This document shows positions 11,695 through 27,338 of a DNA stretch of 64,000 bases, piece after piece; the first letter of the stretch is position 1; the number at the start of each line of letters is the position of its first letter. Below the pieces are notes generated by a model. It ran no database searches. It was not told the origin of the DNA and saw only the letters and a list, made by a program, of their open reading frames with translations. This DNA comes from Octopus vulgaris. Taxonomy: Eukaryota. Made by a program: the position numbers and the translations under genes. The DNA lies in assembly GCA_951406725.2 (NCBI GenBank), contig OX597830.1, forward strand, positions 39,804,001 to 39,868,000, read 5' to 3'.

Positions 11695-12290
11695 ATGTTG
11701 TTAGTTTATTAATCCTGTATGTTTCCTCGTTCGGTCGTCCTTGGTTCGTGTTGGTTGAAAAATGTGTTTTAATTATTTCGCATAGCTTTCCAAGTCTTTC
11801 ACCGATTTCGCAGGTTGTATTTTTCGTATCGATTTCTTCATTGTTCTTTCGATTCGGTTCACGTGTGGAGTCGAATTTGTTAAAAAAAAGTTTAACACGT
11901 TTGCGTTGATTTTCTCTAGTTCTTTCAGTATTTCTTCATTTATGGTAGTAATTCTAGATTTTGTTTTTGAACTCTTTTTTGCCGGCATTTTCTGTATCTC
12001 GTGTGTGGGTATGATATGTAGAAGGTTAAAAAGGAACACACGAGTTGATATGTAATAGGAAAATAAGACAAGGTAGAAAATGCTAAAATAATTCTGTCAT
12101 TAAATATATTTTGTAACGGTTATTCATTCTATGGTCCCTTTTTAGCAAAGGAATGTTCTGGAGGATGGTGTCGAAGGACTCATTGTTTTGGGAGTTGTGT
12201 GTGAATATGTATAGTAGGATTTTTGGTTGTAATTTATTCTATAGTTTGGGATGCCCATGTTGAGTTGTATGGCATATTGAAGTATATATA
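11695..12290 (-). mobile_element. Possible PLE 5' remnant (decayed HHR followed by a basic ORF start)
   Basis: Minus strand tttg-ctaaaaa..taaa-ccgt-TA-caaa near 12110-12150, similar to 30755-30845; followed by ORF MPAKKSSKTKSR.. Confidence 0.4.
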
Positions 12291-12299
12291 TATAAAATC

Positions 12300-12450
12300 A
12301 AAACTGTCCGACGAACGGGAACCTGAAACTCTGAGTAGCAGAATTTTGTGATATTTTTACAGCTTTAATAATAAATCATATTACTCTACCTCCGGTATTC
12401 GAGTACTAATTTTCTCACCATATTTCGTATTTATGGGCTTACTCTGGTAT
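12300..12450 (+). mobile_element. Solo copy of the 2364-2605 family with CCGANGA HHR-like motif (12304-12341)
   Basis: ctgt-CCGACGA-acgggaacct-GAAA-ctctgag-TA-gcag, then a tail homologous to the reverse complement of 2364-2460, ending in (TA)n. Confidence 0.72.
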
Positions 12451-12451
12451 A

Positions 12452-12509
<58 letters not shown>

Positions 12510-13899
12510 GTTGTTAGTCCAAAAAGCACGATAAAAATGAAAGTATTAAATTAACCCGATATAAAGTACTAGAAAAGATTTCAGATGCCTTTAATATCGT
12601 TTATAGTTGCGTTCAAGGTTGCAAATCCTGGCTTCGTTATGATGGCATGGTATTCGGTGTGCCCTGTTATCCGTATTATTCTCCGCTCTTCTTCAATAAT
12701 CTGGAACCAATGTGAGAAGAGCTGTTGAGGTGGGAGAGACCAACGTGGAAATAAACGATGTGATAGATGTTATTAGAGATCAGATGAGCTGAACTGAATC
12801 AAATATGCATCAAACGGGTATCAGCAGTGGCCTGGGAAAGACTTTTGTTTAGTGGAAGCAAACCAAGTTCCAAACTTTTTTACCAAGGTGGATGTTACTA
12901 ATCCTAATATCAAAACAAACACAGGTATAATAATAATATTTTTTATTATTATGAGGGACGGCTGATATTCTCATGGAATGCGACCAAATGAAGTTCATTT
13001 TTAAACATTAGTATCTAATCCTAAACATTAGTATCTTATCTTAAAATTAAGTGAAAATTCTCAACTTTGGTATATTCTTGTATTTTTTCATACCGAATGT
13101 TATTCACTTGTTCCTGAATAATTTTAGAAAAATATTACAGAGGTTTAAAGTTCGATCATTTTAACCCAATCAGAAAGCAGGATTTGGAAACTTGCACTTT
13201 CTCAGTAATGACTGATGACAAGGTTATGGCGGCAAAACGTTCAACGACATAAGTTTTAATAAGTTTTAATGAACAAAGTCATGTGAAATGATGGGACAGG
13301 CATATAATGCGAAAAATTACAAGAAAAAAACTAAGAAAAGGAAACTAAAAGTTAAATTACAAAGAAACGAAAGTTTGTGATGCACTTTAGGAGTTCGTCA
13401 AACAAATTACAATTCCCGTCTCTCCTGTGCCATATGAACTCGAAGAGATACGAGTCAACCATAGAACAAAGGGTCCCGCAGCGACAGCAACAGACAGCTA
13501 AAAGCAGGAAGACACAACGGGTAAGCATACTACACAATAGTTTGGCTTGTAACTATGGAAATAGGCACCAATGTGTTTGTAACTTTTCAATGGCTAAAAT
13601 TAACCAAACTTTGCAAACTTTTAAAGCTATTAACATTTTATTTATTAATTTATGGCAAAAATGAATGTCCTTGAATCTGTTCAGTTCGGCTCACAGATTT
13701 TTTAATTATTTTTTTTTTTAACTAAACAGTTTTAAATTTCGTATACTGGTGTAATTTCTCACGCAGAACACGGTTTACTTCAAAAAGTTTTGACAAAATT
13801 TCGTATTTTGTTAAAGTTGTAGCTGGGTAATTTTAACCAATCAACGACGCGTATTCAGTTGAAGAAAGAAAGACAGACAGACAGATAGATAGATAGATT

Positions 13900-13998
<99 letters not shown>

Positions 13999-14079
13999 GG
14001 AGATAGATGGATAGATAGATAGAGAGATAAATAGATAGATAGATAGATAGATAAATAAATAGATAGATAGATAGATAGA

Positions 14080-14238
14080 TACGACAGGCTTCTTTCAGTT
14101 TCTGTCTTACAAATTCGCTCACAAGGCCTTGGTTGGCCCGAGGTTATAGTAGAAGAGAATTGACCAGGGTGTCACGCAGTGGGACTGAAACCAGAGCCAT
14201 ATAGATAAGAAGCAAACTTCATACCACACAGTCACGCT
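14080..14238 (-). mobile_element. SINE family A, 5' half
   Basis: Homology to 15266-15423. Confidence 0.8.
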
Positions 14239-14291
14239 GGTAAATATATATGCATATAAATGTATACATCTAACTACTTTATTATATGTTA

Positions 14292-14348
<57 letters not shown>

Positions 14349-14351
<3 letters not shown>

Positions 14352-15090
14352 AATATGTTACATTACTCAATAGTCAAGATAAAACTCTGAGATTCAGATG
14401 CCGAAGTGGGAATCCACGACATCTCTTCGGTTATCTGGCTATTTAAAAACGCTATGAAAAAATACCGTTATACAAAGGGGAATTACTGTGTTATAACTCT
14501 GCTTGCCTGCGTACTTATACATCGCTCGCATTTTTCGCCATAAAAATTATATAAAAATACATAAAAAATATATAAAAAATATATAAAAATATATAAAATC
14601 TTCTTGGGACATAACATAGAAAGCATGTTCTATCTGTTTTCTTTAGGGGACCAAAAACGTAACAGAAATTTAGTCACATATGGGCATGATCCGAAAAGTT
14701 CTGTCCTTGTGTTTAGACATGTCTAAACACAAGGACAGAACTTTTCGGATCATGCCCATACGTGACTAAATTTCTGTTAAATTTTTGGTCCATTAAAGAA
14801 AACAGATAGAACATACTTTCTATGTTATGTCCCAAGAAGATTTTATATATTTTTATATATTTTTTATATATTTTTTATGTATTTTTATATAATTTTTATG
14901 GAGAAAAATGCGAGCGATGTATAAGTACGCAGGCAAGCAGAGTTATAACACAGTAATTTCCCTTTGTATAACGGTATTTTTTCATAGCGTTTTCAAATAG
15001 CCAGATAACCGAAGAAATGTCGTGGATTCCCACTTCGGCATCTGAAACTCAGAGTTTTATCTTGACTATTGAGTAATGTAACATATTATT
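14349..15090. repeat. 742-bp spacer-less palindrome (371-bp arms, about 11 mismatches)
   Basis: Centre agaca|tgtct at 14719/14720; arms align end to end; flanked by (TA)n; right arm continues into a unique ~75-bp tail. Confidence 0.95.
15003..15062 (+). ncRNA. Hammerhead-like motif with CCGAAGA core (mirror copy 14377-14436 on minus)
   Basis: agataa-CCGAAGA-(a/g)atgtcg..cggcatc-t-GAAA-ctcagag-TT-ttatct; perfect 6-bp stem I. Confidence 0.72.
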
Positions 15091-15160
15091 TAATAGATAA
15101 ATTTCCTCTATTTACATAATATTGAGGTCTCTTTCTTTCTTTTGTTAATATACCGTTTTA

Positions 15161-15263
<103 letters not shown>

Positions 15264-15265
15264 AT

Positions 15266-15775
15266 AGGAGTGGCTGTGTGGTAAGTAGCTTGCTTACCAA
15301 CCACATGGTTCCGGGTTCAGTCCCATTGCGTGGCACCTTGGTCAAGTGTCTTCTACTATAGCCTTGGGCCGACCAATGTCTTGTGAGTGGATTTGGTAGA
15401 CGGAAACTGAAAGAAGCCAGTCGTATATATATATGTGGGGGTGTTAGTTAATTTTGGGGCTCAAAAAGTAAAAAGCAATGCCATGTAGGGGACATGGAGT
15501 TATGTACAGGGTGGTGTTAATGTAAAGAGTTCAGGCCATTTGTGGTCAAGGGAGACTTTGAACCGAGCGGTCGTCGTGTGTGTTATGTTTGTGTGTTTGT
15601 GTTTGTCCCCCAGCATCGCTTGGCAACCGATGCTGGTATATTTACTTCCCCGTAACTTAGCGGTTAAAATAAGTAGTAGGCTTACAAAGAATAAGTCCTA
15701 GGGTCGATTTGTTCCACTAAAGGTGGTGGTGCCCCTGCATGGCTGCAGTCAAGTGACTGAAACAAGTAAAAGAAT
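15266..15775 (+). mobile_element. SINE family A, full length (tRNA-derived head, CORE-like domain)
   Basis: A-box-like tggctgtgtggtaag, B-box-like gggttcagtccc, gtggcaccttggtcaagtgtctt core; about 10 copies in the window. Confidence 0.9.
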
Positions 15776-16435
15776 AGTCAAATATGTTACAGGATGTCAG
15801 ATATTAATGCAATACGACCGTTGCAAGTGACTCAATTGAATTGAATAATGCAAGCATTACATCAATTTAAGTACATCTTCAGTTGCAAAAATTAAATTTT
15901 CAACAGACAATATATATTGATATTTTTTCTCAAATATTTTATCAGAACTAAAGGATGAAAGGATTTCATGTTGTCACTATTGTGGCAAGAATAAGCTAAG
16001 AGAATGACAATTACAATTTTGGAGTGACAGGAATGGATCACAGTGAGAGTCATGGGATTGTAATTCATTTCTAATTTTTTTATGTACCTTCTTATTAACA
16101 TCAAAAGATCTAAGACTAGTAGACTGCGTTTATTGAGAATTAAGAACATTATGAGTTGACAGTTCAGAACTGGCCACTGGTCATAAATAAATATCACTGG
16201 ATGTTCTCCTTAATCTTAATTTCTTATGGCCCTAAGTCCCCCTTACCACATAAAGAAACAAACTTTAGGTGTCAATTAAATAGTAATAAATGCCCATAAA
16301 AAGAGGTAGGGTAGGGGTGACATAAATTCTTTTCAGTTGAAGTGACCTACACTATGAAACATAGGACGCTATAATGAGATCTAGGAAAACATTAAGGGCA
16401 CGGGGGGGGGGAAGTTATGCATATATATACATATA

Positions 16436-17130
16436 TAGAAAAACAAAAGATGTTTTTATATATATAAAATACAAAATGGGAGAAGAACGCAAAACATCCA
16501 GACAGTTAGCTGATACAAAAAAAGGGGCAACAAAACATCCAGATAGACGATACAAAGAAAACAAGGACGGGTCATTCGGAGTTTTCTCTCCTCAGTCGAG
16601 TTCCAGATTATCTTTACAATTTCGGCTGGTTTTACTCGATAGTGCTCCAATCTGGCCAGCGCTTTCACGCTTATTCGTTCATTCCACTCTTCGTACCTTC
16701 GATCCCCCTCTCTCACATTTCCCTGCTTTCTCTTCTTGCTCACTTTCCCTCCTCTTTTCACTTCACTGTGTCCCTGTCATTTTTTTCTCGCCCCGCCTTA
16801 ATTCTTCTGTCCCTCTGCCTCTTCCTCTCTCTCTTCTCTCCCCACGTGACCGGTGTTCGGCCAAACCTGATCTTTCTTTCTTGATTAGGCCGTCGTCCGT
16901 GCAACATCTGTATTCCTCCCTGTGCCTGTGAGATCTTGTATCCCTGCCGTAAGGCTTTATTTCCCCACACGCCAGCTTAATTTAATTCGTCCTTAGACGA
17001 AAGACACCTATTGTTAAGTCCTGTTATTTGTATTTGTGTAACATTCTCCGTTTTATCCGTCCTTGTTTTCGTATACATTCGCTGCTTTCTTCTAAGGAAT
17101 CTAATGGTATTAGCTTAGTTTTTCCAAGGA
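16436..17130. mobile_element. Probable PLE terminal/pLTR-type fragments
   Basis: Abuts (TA)n; pyrimidine-rich segment and a partial HHR-like half (minus strand ccagccGAAAttgTAaagat); no coding motifs. Confidence 0.35.
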
Positions 17131-17144
17131 GCTGGAAATTTATA

Positions 17145-17325
17145 GAAAAACAAAAGGCGAGGACAGGTGTATAAACAGCAAGTATGGGTATTACTTTGAC
17201 GCTCGGGAAAATGAAAAGGTCTTTTACGTTTCGAGCCTACTCTTTTCAACAGAAACGAATAAGAGAAAATAAACAGAGAGAGAACGAAAAAAACTTGTAG
17301 ATTTCAGCTGTACAGCGTGGCGAAT
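17145..17325 (-). mobile_element. Copy of the 6184 family with CUGUUGA HHR-like motif (17221-17255)
   Basis: Minus strand ttt-CTGTTGA-aaagagtaggctc-GAAA-cg-TA-aaag. Confidence 0.65.
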
Positions 17326-17457
17326 ATATATATACATATATTTATATATATATATACACACACGCACGACGGACTTCTTTCAGTTTCCGTCTACCAATCC
17401 ACTCACAAGAAGACACTTGCCCAAGGTGCCACGCAGTGGGACTGAACCCGAAACAAT

Positions 17458-17501
<44 letters not shown>

Positions 17502-17989
17502 GGAAAGTTTGGTATACATGCACATGTACAGACGTGTGTGTGTAATCTTTAATTCACAGAAAGTTAAAAACAAGTGAATCAAGAGCAAGAGTTTCAAATG
17601 CGCATGCTCGTTTCTCTTTTTTTTTTTTTCTTTTAACTGCTTAACAGACAGACTATTTGAAAAACACCTGATCATCCAATTTTAATTTTCATCATTTTCA
17701 TCATCATTTTCACTTGATCATCCAATTTTAATTTTCAGGGAAACATTGCAGAAATATTTGTAATTCACGCAATATTTTAAAAAAACCACGCTCCCAGATT
17801 TGTTAGTTTAGTTAGATTGGCGCCATGCAGAATATACTCAGCTCTTGGATAAATTTTATACCTTTCTGCCATTTAATGTCACACACACACACGCACGCAC
17901 ACACTCAAACACACACGTAATTTGTGCAGGGACGCATCGTCCGAATGTATTATTTGATTCTCTGTAATTATATATTATTTGATTCTCTA

Positions 17990-18204
17990 TCTTATTACTC
18001 TTATCTGTTTACTTATTTCAGTCATTTGACTGCGGCCATGCTGGAGCACCGCCTTTTGTCGAGAAAATCAACCCTGGAACTTATTCTTTGTAAGCCTAGT
18101 ACTTATTCTATCGGTCTCTTTTGCCGAACCGCTAAGTGACGGGGACATAAACATACCAGCATCGGTTGTCAAGCAATGCTAGAGGGACAAACACAGACAC
18201 ACAA

Positions 18205-18297
<93 letters not shown>

Positions 18298-18450
18298 TTT
18301 GACAGGCTTCTTTCAATTTCCGTCCACCAAATCCACTCACAAGACTTTGGTGAGCCCGAGGCAATAGTAAAAGACACTAGCCCAAGTGGGACTGACTCGG
18401 AACCATGTAGTTGGTAAGCAAGTTACTTACCACACAGCCACTCCTGCGCC
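17990..18450 (-). mobile_element. SINE family A, full length, with internal (CA)n(TA)n
   Basis: Reverse complement of the family consensus. Confidence 0.9.
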
Positions 18451-18600
18451 TGAAGAATTTCTAATAGGAAATTTCTTACATGTTTATTCAGCATGTACAA
18501 CTTTCTGTAATGAAACATGTGTACTGGTGAATAAATAATACAAAAAATTTCCAAATTCTTGTTTGTTGTGTGTGTGTGTGTGGTTGTAGATGCATATATT

Positions 18601-18632
<32 letters not shown>

Positions 18633-19039
18633 CATATGAGAGAGAGAAGATGGGAGGTACGAGAATTTTTATTAATCACTACTGTTGCTTCGACCCATCT
18701 AGCATCGATCTCTGGTTGTTGAGATACTTAACAACTGGTTCAGGAGCATGCAATGCAACGAGAAGGTATCGGGAATAACCGTTAACGGATACAGGTGTAT
18801 AAACGCCCTCGCTTAGGTTGTATGGCGCATGTACACTTGCTTATACAAGCATCCACAAAGATGTAAGCATACGTACACGCGTGGTTTGACGCACATAGGT
18901 TCACATAGCGAATTATATATATATATATAACTTTAAATAATTAGGGTAAAAAATGAATATTAATTTGATTAATATCAATTTAAACCAGTGGCCTAGCATA
19001 TTGAAAAAATCTGAAGATTCAGAAAAATTATATTACATA

Positions 19040-21200
19040 CATATAAGAGGGATTACCACTAAGTGAACATCCAATATGCTAAATGTAGTCCCCATACGGT
19101 CTGACCACTAAGAAAAGATTGTTCTCAAGAAAATTCAGCAAACGTCAGAACGTAAGCGAGCAAGACAAATAAAAAGATACGAAATATTATGATTAGTCAC
19201 ATACCAGATGACTAATGGTAAGAATATTTAATCAAAAGTGGACCATACATCACACTGAAAGACCACAGAAATCCTTTCTGAAAATTCAGAAATACTGGCT
19301 TGTTAATTCTGCAAGGCAATTGATGTTGTTAGTAAACCCATTGTTTACTTCTTCAACGACAAAATTAAAAATGCAACAACCTTATGACATTAAGTTGTCG
19401 ACTGGTTCAGTAGCATTAAGTACAAAAGCAACTGGAAGTTATTCAATTTGACAACGTAGGTTTTTTTTTTTTCACTCAGCACTTTCTAAACCACTTCTTC
19501 TAATGGCGTTGGAATTATGAAAGAAGCACATCATATAAGTAGAAGTAGTAACGATCTCAAGATCATTTTGGAAAACGTTTTAACAACATCTGGATGAAAA
19601 ACATCGATCTCCCAATTAATGTCATCGTCAATTAGGCTTTATTTGGGACGGAGATTAGATATGTGATCTGGCTGGGTTAAATACTCTAGATCAGGGGTCA
19701 CTAAACTTCTTTCACAGCGGGCCAGATAAGTGAATGACGAGCGCGGGCCGCATAACCATTTTATTCAGTACAACACAGTGAATACACAAAAATAAAGACA
19801 ACCAACATATTTATTTACCAAAAGTTATCAAAGAAGGCGACGTTAGCAATAAGATAGTTATATTACACCCAGTACGCACATACCCAGTTCTCACAAATTA
19901 AGCAGCAAAAAAAAAGTTAGGGAGATTTATGAAACTGGTGTTTAGTTTTTAAGATATCAATATTTGCTTTGGATTTGCTGCATCCAACCAAGAGAATTGC
20001 TTTCAAATGTTCATCAGTCAACCTCATTGAATGTGCTGACTTCACATACTTCATTATTGAAAATGTTTGCTCACAGACATAAGTGGTTCCAAACACCGAT
20101 ACCATGCCAGAGGCAAATGAACTCTCATTGCAGGTATTTACACAAAAAGTACAGTGCGCCGGTGGGTCGGATCCGGCTTGCGGGCCGTAGTTCAGTGACC
20201 CCTGCCCTAGATACTCTAAAAACAAAAGTTCCCAACCCTGGATTCTCTATATCTGTACAGAAATAAATTATTTAGTCTTGAACAGGACATTGCCATACAT
20301 AGATAAATATAGGAAAGAATAAATAATGCTTTTAGATAGGCTTTAATATTAAAATCATCACCAATATACGCATAATCAATCTTCTAAACATGATATTAGA
20401 CAACACAGAAACCGGTTATAAACCATGTAGAAAACAAGCTAAAATTTCGTGTACATAAATAAAAATGTTAACCGACAGACAAAGTACTTTAAACCAAACT
20501 GCCGGTTATTAGAAAAATTCATTGTTATAAAGTTGGTTTGAATAAAAGTTCAAACTCTTACAAAAGAAAAGCAGCATTGATACTAACGTAGAAAACATTG
20601 ACTGGTTTAACCTGCTCTTCAGTAAAAACTAATTTCGTATTAGATATAAGTGTACATGTATTAATATTACTTGAAGTACATTTAAAACACGAACCACTAA
20701 TGGTTTAGTAAACAATTTCGAAGTCACAGATGTACAAAAAATGCGGCCAGCATAACAATGAGAGTACTTCAACGTCCCAATCAAAAGAAAACTCAAGAAA
20801 CCGAATGTAATTGCTGCACAATACAAGCCTCACACTAAAAAGTTAAATGTTTGACAAATAAAGTTATTTACGAGGCAACGAATCACGTAGGTTACACAGT
20901 AATAAAATATGTTATTGTGATGTGATGGGAAATCAACTGTGTAAGCTGTTTCTCCAATAATAAACAGGCCCGCAGCATCGAAGAAAAGTGAAACACCACA
21001 AACTTATGAAGATATAAAAGGTGAGTGTGGTGACCATTTGAATAACTAGTCATCAACCGTTGAACTCATCACACCCAACGTATCTGAGATAATAAACAAT
21101 CTGGTGCCGCGGAGTAATAGCATACTACATAAACTGATACTTCAAAGAAAAAGACTGTGATAATGTCTCAATAACATTACAAAATTCCAAGACAGCAATT
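19040..21200 (+). mobile_element. Highly decayed Penelope-like element (RT + GIY-YIG), split by a hAT insertion
   Basis: Fragmentary peptides ITLKDH..LVNSA, VVDWFSSIKYK..IQFD, ICDLAGLN.LD, LYR and YKPCRK match PLE RT motifs in order. Confidence 0.72.
19692..20204 (-). mobile_element. Internally deleted hAT (Charlie/Buster/SPIN-like) transposon
   Basis: 16-bp TIRs caggggtcactaaact / agttcagtgacccctg; 8-bp TSD ctctagat/ccctagat; transposase C-terminus SVFGTTYVCEQTFSIMKYVKS..RLTDEHL. Confidence 0.92.
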
Positions 21201-21269
21201 GATCTACCAGGTGTAGAGTAATATGTACGTATAAGTTTGTGTATCTGTGTGTGCGTGTGTCCGTGTGTG

Positions 21270-21302
<33 letters not shown>

Positions 21303-22120
21303 CTTTTAGACTGTTTACCTTGTGTACGAGCGTGCGTGTGTGTGTGTTAATGCATCTTTAGGTCTGCATTAAGCCTTACAACAAGTATAAAAACTCATGT
21401 TATTTATATTGGTAACATCTCTGTCCTGTTATTTAGTGGTTCGATTTAGAGCGATGGCATGTTAAAGATTGATAGAATAACTATCTGACCAAGAAGAAAA
21501 AATTACTAGGGATTAATATGATTGTTTAAACCTATTACGGCCATGGTAGACCATCATGGCCGCAATCTGATTTTTGAAACCACTAAAAGAATAATAATGA
21601 AAAAAAAAAAACTAAAGGACAAATGAGATAAACCAGAAGTTCACTTCGCTTCGACTTGTGGCACTGAATGCCAATGATAATCTCATTAGCATTTCAAAAA
21701 TTCTTTTCCAATATGCTGGCTTCTGAACTCTCTGGTGCAAAACTTCAAGTCGTGGAAAAGTTGTCAACTTTAACAATAATGTATTCAATCTACTTGACTA
21801 CAAAGTACAGACGATAAAAAGCTACCATTAGTACTTGTGACTGATACATAATATACTTCTCATGCATATTCCACTTGATTAATGTTTCATTCATTCATAT
21901 CCCTCTCTCTCGTTCTCTCTCGTACACACTCCCGCATTTTTCTCTATCTCTTTCATTTAATCACAAACATACGCACAAACCATGCATACATTAATGCATT
22001 CACACATATACACATGAGTGCACTTAAACAGACACAAGCACACATTCTGACATTCATGTGCATGTCGTCAAACAGACAAGAGTGGATTCACTCATTGCAA
22101 AACTCAAATACACTAATGCC

Positions 22121-22256
22121 ATAGACACACAAATGTAGAGTGCATGTCAATTATATATATATATATAAGGTTAATCCAAACGGGAAAACAGAAAAAACAA
22201 CAACACGTGGAACAATTACAGTATTATTATTATTAGGCGCTCAGGAAAATGGAAGA

Positions 22257-22331
<75 letters not shown>

Positions 22332-22400
22332 TATATGTATATATATGTATATATATATATATATATATAATTGACATGCACTCTACATTTGTGTGTCTAT

Positions 22401-22442
<42 letters not shown>

Positions 22443-22523
22443 TAGTAATGGTAAGACAACAAAAGAATGAAAGAGGCCTTGATATTATGTAAATAGAGGA
22501 ATTTAATTGTAATATAATTATAT

Positions 22524-22559
<36 letters not shown>

Positions 22560-22573
22560 TATGTATGTATGTA

Positions 22574-22610
<37 letters not shown>

Positions 22611-22645
22611 GACATGTACTCTACATTTGTGTCTAAGACATACAT
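22121..22645. repeat. Short inverted plus direct duplication of a ~40-bp segment among (TA)n
   Basis: atagacacacaaatgtagagtgcatgtcaatt (22121) is inverted at 22368-22400 and repeated again at ~22607-22640. Confidence 0.85.
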
Positions 22646-22701
22646 ACATGCATACATACATACATGCATACATACATACATACATGCATACATACAAACA
22701 T

Positions 22702-22730
<29 letters not shown>

Positions 22731-22732
<2 letters not shown>

Positions 22733-23383
22733 GTGTAATAAATAAAATATATGCATACATACAAACATATATGTACGTACCTACATCTACATGTATATAT
22801 ACATGCATATATAAATATATATACATGTGTAGAGGACACCACAAATAGACGTAGAACTCAACGTAGTACAAGACAACTACACAAGGAAAAATCCCCTTCA
22901 TCAGCCGTCCCTAGTTCAACTCCAGCGTGTTTCGAAGGTGAGGACAGTCCTGTTTCTCTTCCTTCTTGTACTGTATTTCTTGTAATTGTATTTTTATTTT
23001 GTATTTGTTTTTAATTGTATTGTTTTTACGTCCTGTTTTTGTCACATCTTTTTCCTTGTTTTTACCCCTCTGCAAAGGAATTTTATTTAATTCTTTCGCA
23101 GGAAGGATTAGTTCAACGAGACGTGTTCTGTCCTCACCTTCGGAACACGCTGGAGTTGAACTAGGGACGGCTGATGAAGGGAATTTTTCCTTGTGTAGTT
23201 GTCTTGTACTCTGTTTTTTCGTTCCATGCTGTTTTTACGTTTTCGTTTCTCGTTGAGTTCTACGTCTATTTGTGGTGTCCTGTACACACGTATATATATT
23301 TATATATGCATGTATATATACATGTAGATGTAGGTACGTACATATATGTTTGTATGTATGCATATATTTTATTTATTACACTA
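22731..23383. repeat. Inverted duplication, arms 22731-22947 and 23128-23383
   Basis: Near-identical reverse-complement match including gaactagggacggctgatgaaggg; right arm has an extra ~38 bp. Confidence 0.92.
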
Positions 23384-23519
23384 TTGTATGACTGAGCGCC
23401 TTCGCGTCGATTCGATTCGATTCGTTTGGTTTCGTTTCGTTTCTTCTTCTCTAAGCTGGTTTATATATATATATATATAAATGTATGTATGTATGAATGT
23501 ATGTATGTATGAATGTAGG

Positions 23520-25865
<2,346 letters not shown>

Positions 25866-25910
25866 ATACATACATACATACATACATAAATACATACAAA
25901 CATACATACA

Positions 25911-25941
<31 letters not shown>

Positions 25942-25979
25942 GTACATACATACATACGTACATACATATATATATACAT

Positions 25980-26450
25980 AGAGTTAACTTGAAGGGTGAA
26001 GGGTGGTGTGAACCATTAGAAATTGCGCTTCCCGACTTTAAAATGTTTAGAGTGTGTGATTGTACTGGATGGATCCGGAGAACGAGGCTTCTAGCTGTTA
26101 TAGGTTCGAGGTAGCCAGTTGGGCTGTCGAGTCCGATGTGTAGGTTTTTTTTTTTTGAGAGTTGTTGGATTGACATTGAGTGGAAGAACTGTCTGTTGAT
26201 TTGGGGTTAGCATTAGGAAAAGATATGCAATTTTAGTCTTAAGCTTAGTATTGGGGATATAGATCTTTTCCCGGAAGCCACTTAGTTGGAGGGCCTGATT
26301 ATAATACGGGGCATGACTGTTAAAAATTACTTCGTTTGCAGATAAGTTGGAGATCCCGATAGATATACCGGTGATTATACTATTAAGAGTAAGTTTAGGG
26401 TGATTTGATAGGACATTGATTTATTGTAAAGATTGATTGGGTTTATGAAT
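25980..26450 (-). mobile_element. PLE RT thumb-region remnant
   Basis: Minus-strand peptide SNHPKLTLNSIITGISIGISNLSANEVIFNSHAPYYNQALQLSGF. Confidence 0.7.
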
Positions 26451-26712
26451 AGGTATATATTTATGTATGTATATACACATATATGTATGTATATGAACAC
26501 ATTTAGGCATAGATATATACATACACAAACACGTATTTTCATGCATAAATACACAAACGTCTACTCACCTAACATATTAACACATACATACACTCATGCA
26601 TATATGCTTACAAATATTCATAAATTTGTCGCTAAAACAATATACAATGCCACCCGAAAAAATACTGTCCTGTGATAAATATAAAGAAACCCCCAGTATT
26701 ATTGGACACATA

Positions 26713-26920
26713 AAGGTGGGCGAGCTAGCAGGATCGTTAGCACTGCGGGAAAAATGCTTAACGGCATTTCATCCGTCCTTACGTTCTAAGATTGAATTTC
26801 GCTGAGATCGACTTTACCGAGGGACGATAAAATAAGTACCTGAATACAGGGGTCAATTTAATTGACTTAGCCCCTTCTTCAAGCTTTCAAGCCGGTCTTG
26901 TGCCTACAGCAGAAAAGATT
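26713..26920 (+). mobile_element. SINE family B
   Basis: Homology to the family consensus. Confidence 0.75.
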
Positions 26921-26939
26921 ACTGAATACATACATAAAC

Positions 26940-27312
26940 ATCAACGCAAGGAATATAAGTGGAGCATCCCCGTAAAAGGTTCAACCAAGTACAAACATAA
27001 CAGGGTGAATATTGTAGTTTGAGACAGACAAAACAAATATGTTTGTTATTGACTTCTGCTGTCCTGCTGATGTAAATATCTCTTCGAAACTCAAAGAGAA
27101 CGAGGATAACTATGAACAACTGCTTCGAAACATCCAGCTTATAAATTCGCATTTATGCCAATAATAATTGGTGCGAATAAATGCTTAAGTAATAATCTGG
27201 ATAGGGTAAGGTTTTCCAAGAAAGAAATCAACCAGGTAACATGCACATTACAAATACAATCTGTAAGCGGAACACTAAAAGTATGCAACACGTTCTTCAA
27301 ATTCAAAATGTG
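26940..27312 (+). mobile_element. 3' end of an RLE-type LINE, related to 25380-25680
   Basis: tgagacagacaa..ctgatgtaaatatctct..aactgcttc..tatgccaataataattggtgcg similarity. Confidence 0.65.
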
Positions 27313-27338
27313 AATTTGTTATCATTGTCTAAAATATA

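Noticed and set aside
13205-13250. ctgatga...aaaacgtt hammerhead-like string
   Set aside because: No convincing stem I or stem II pairing
16374-16931. 185-aa ORF
   Set aside because: Spans (TA)n and pyrimidine-rich repeat-like sequence; no domain motifs
23115-23195. ggacgg-CTGATGA-agggaa hammerhead candidate in the inverted repeat
   Set aside because: The stem II hairpin is not followed by GAAA, and the upstream gagacgtgtt half is mutated; topology unresolved
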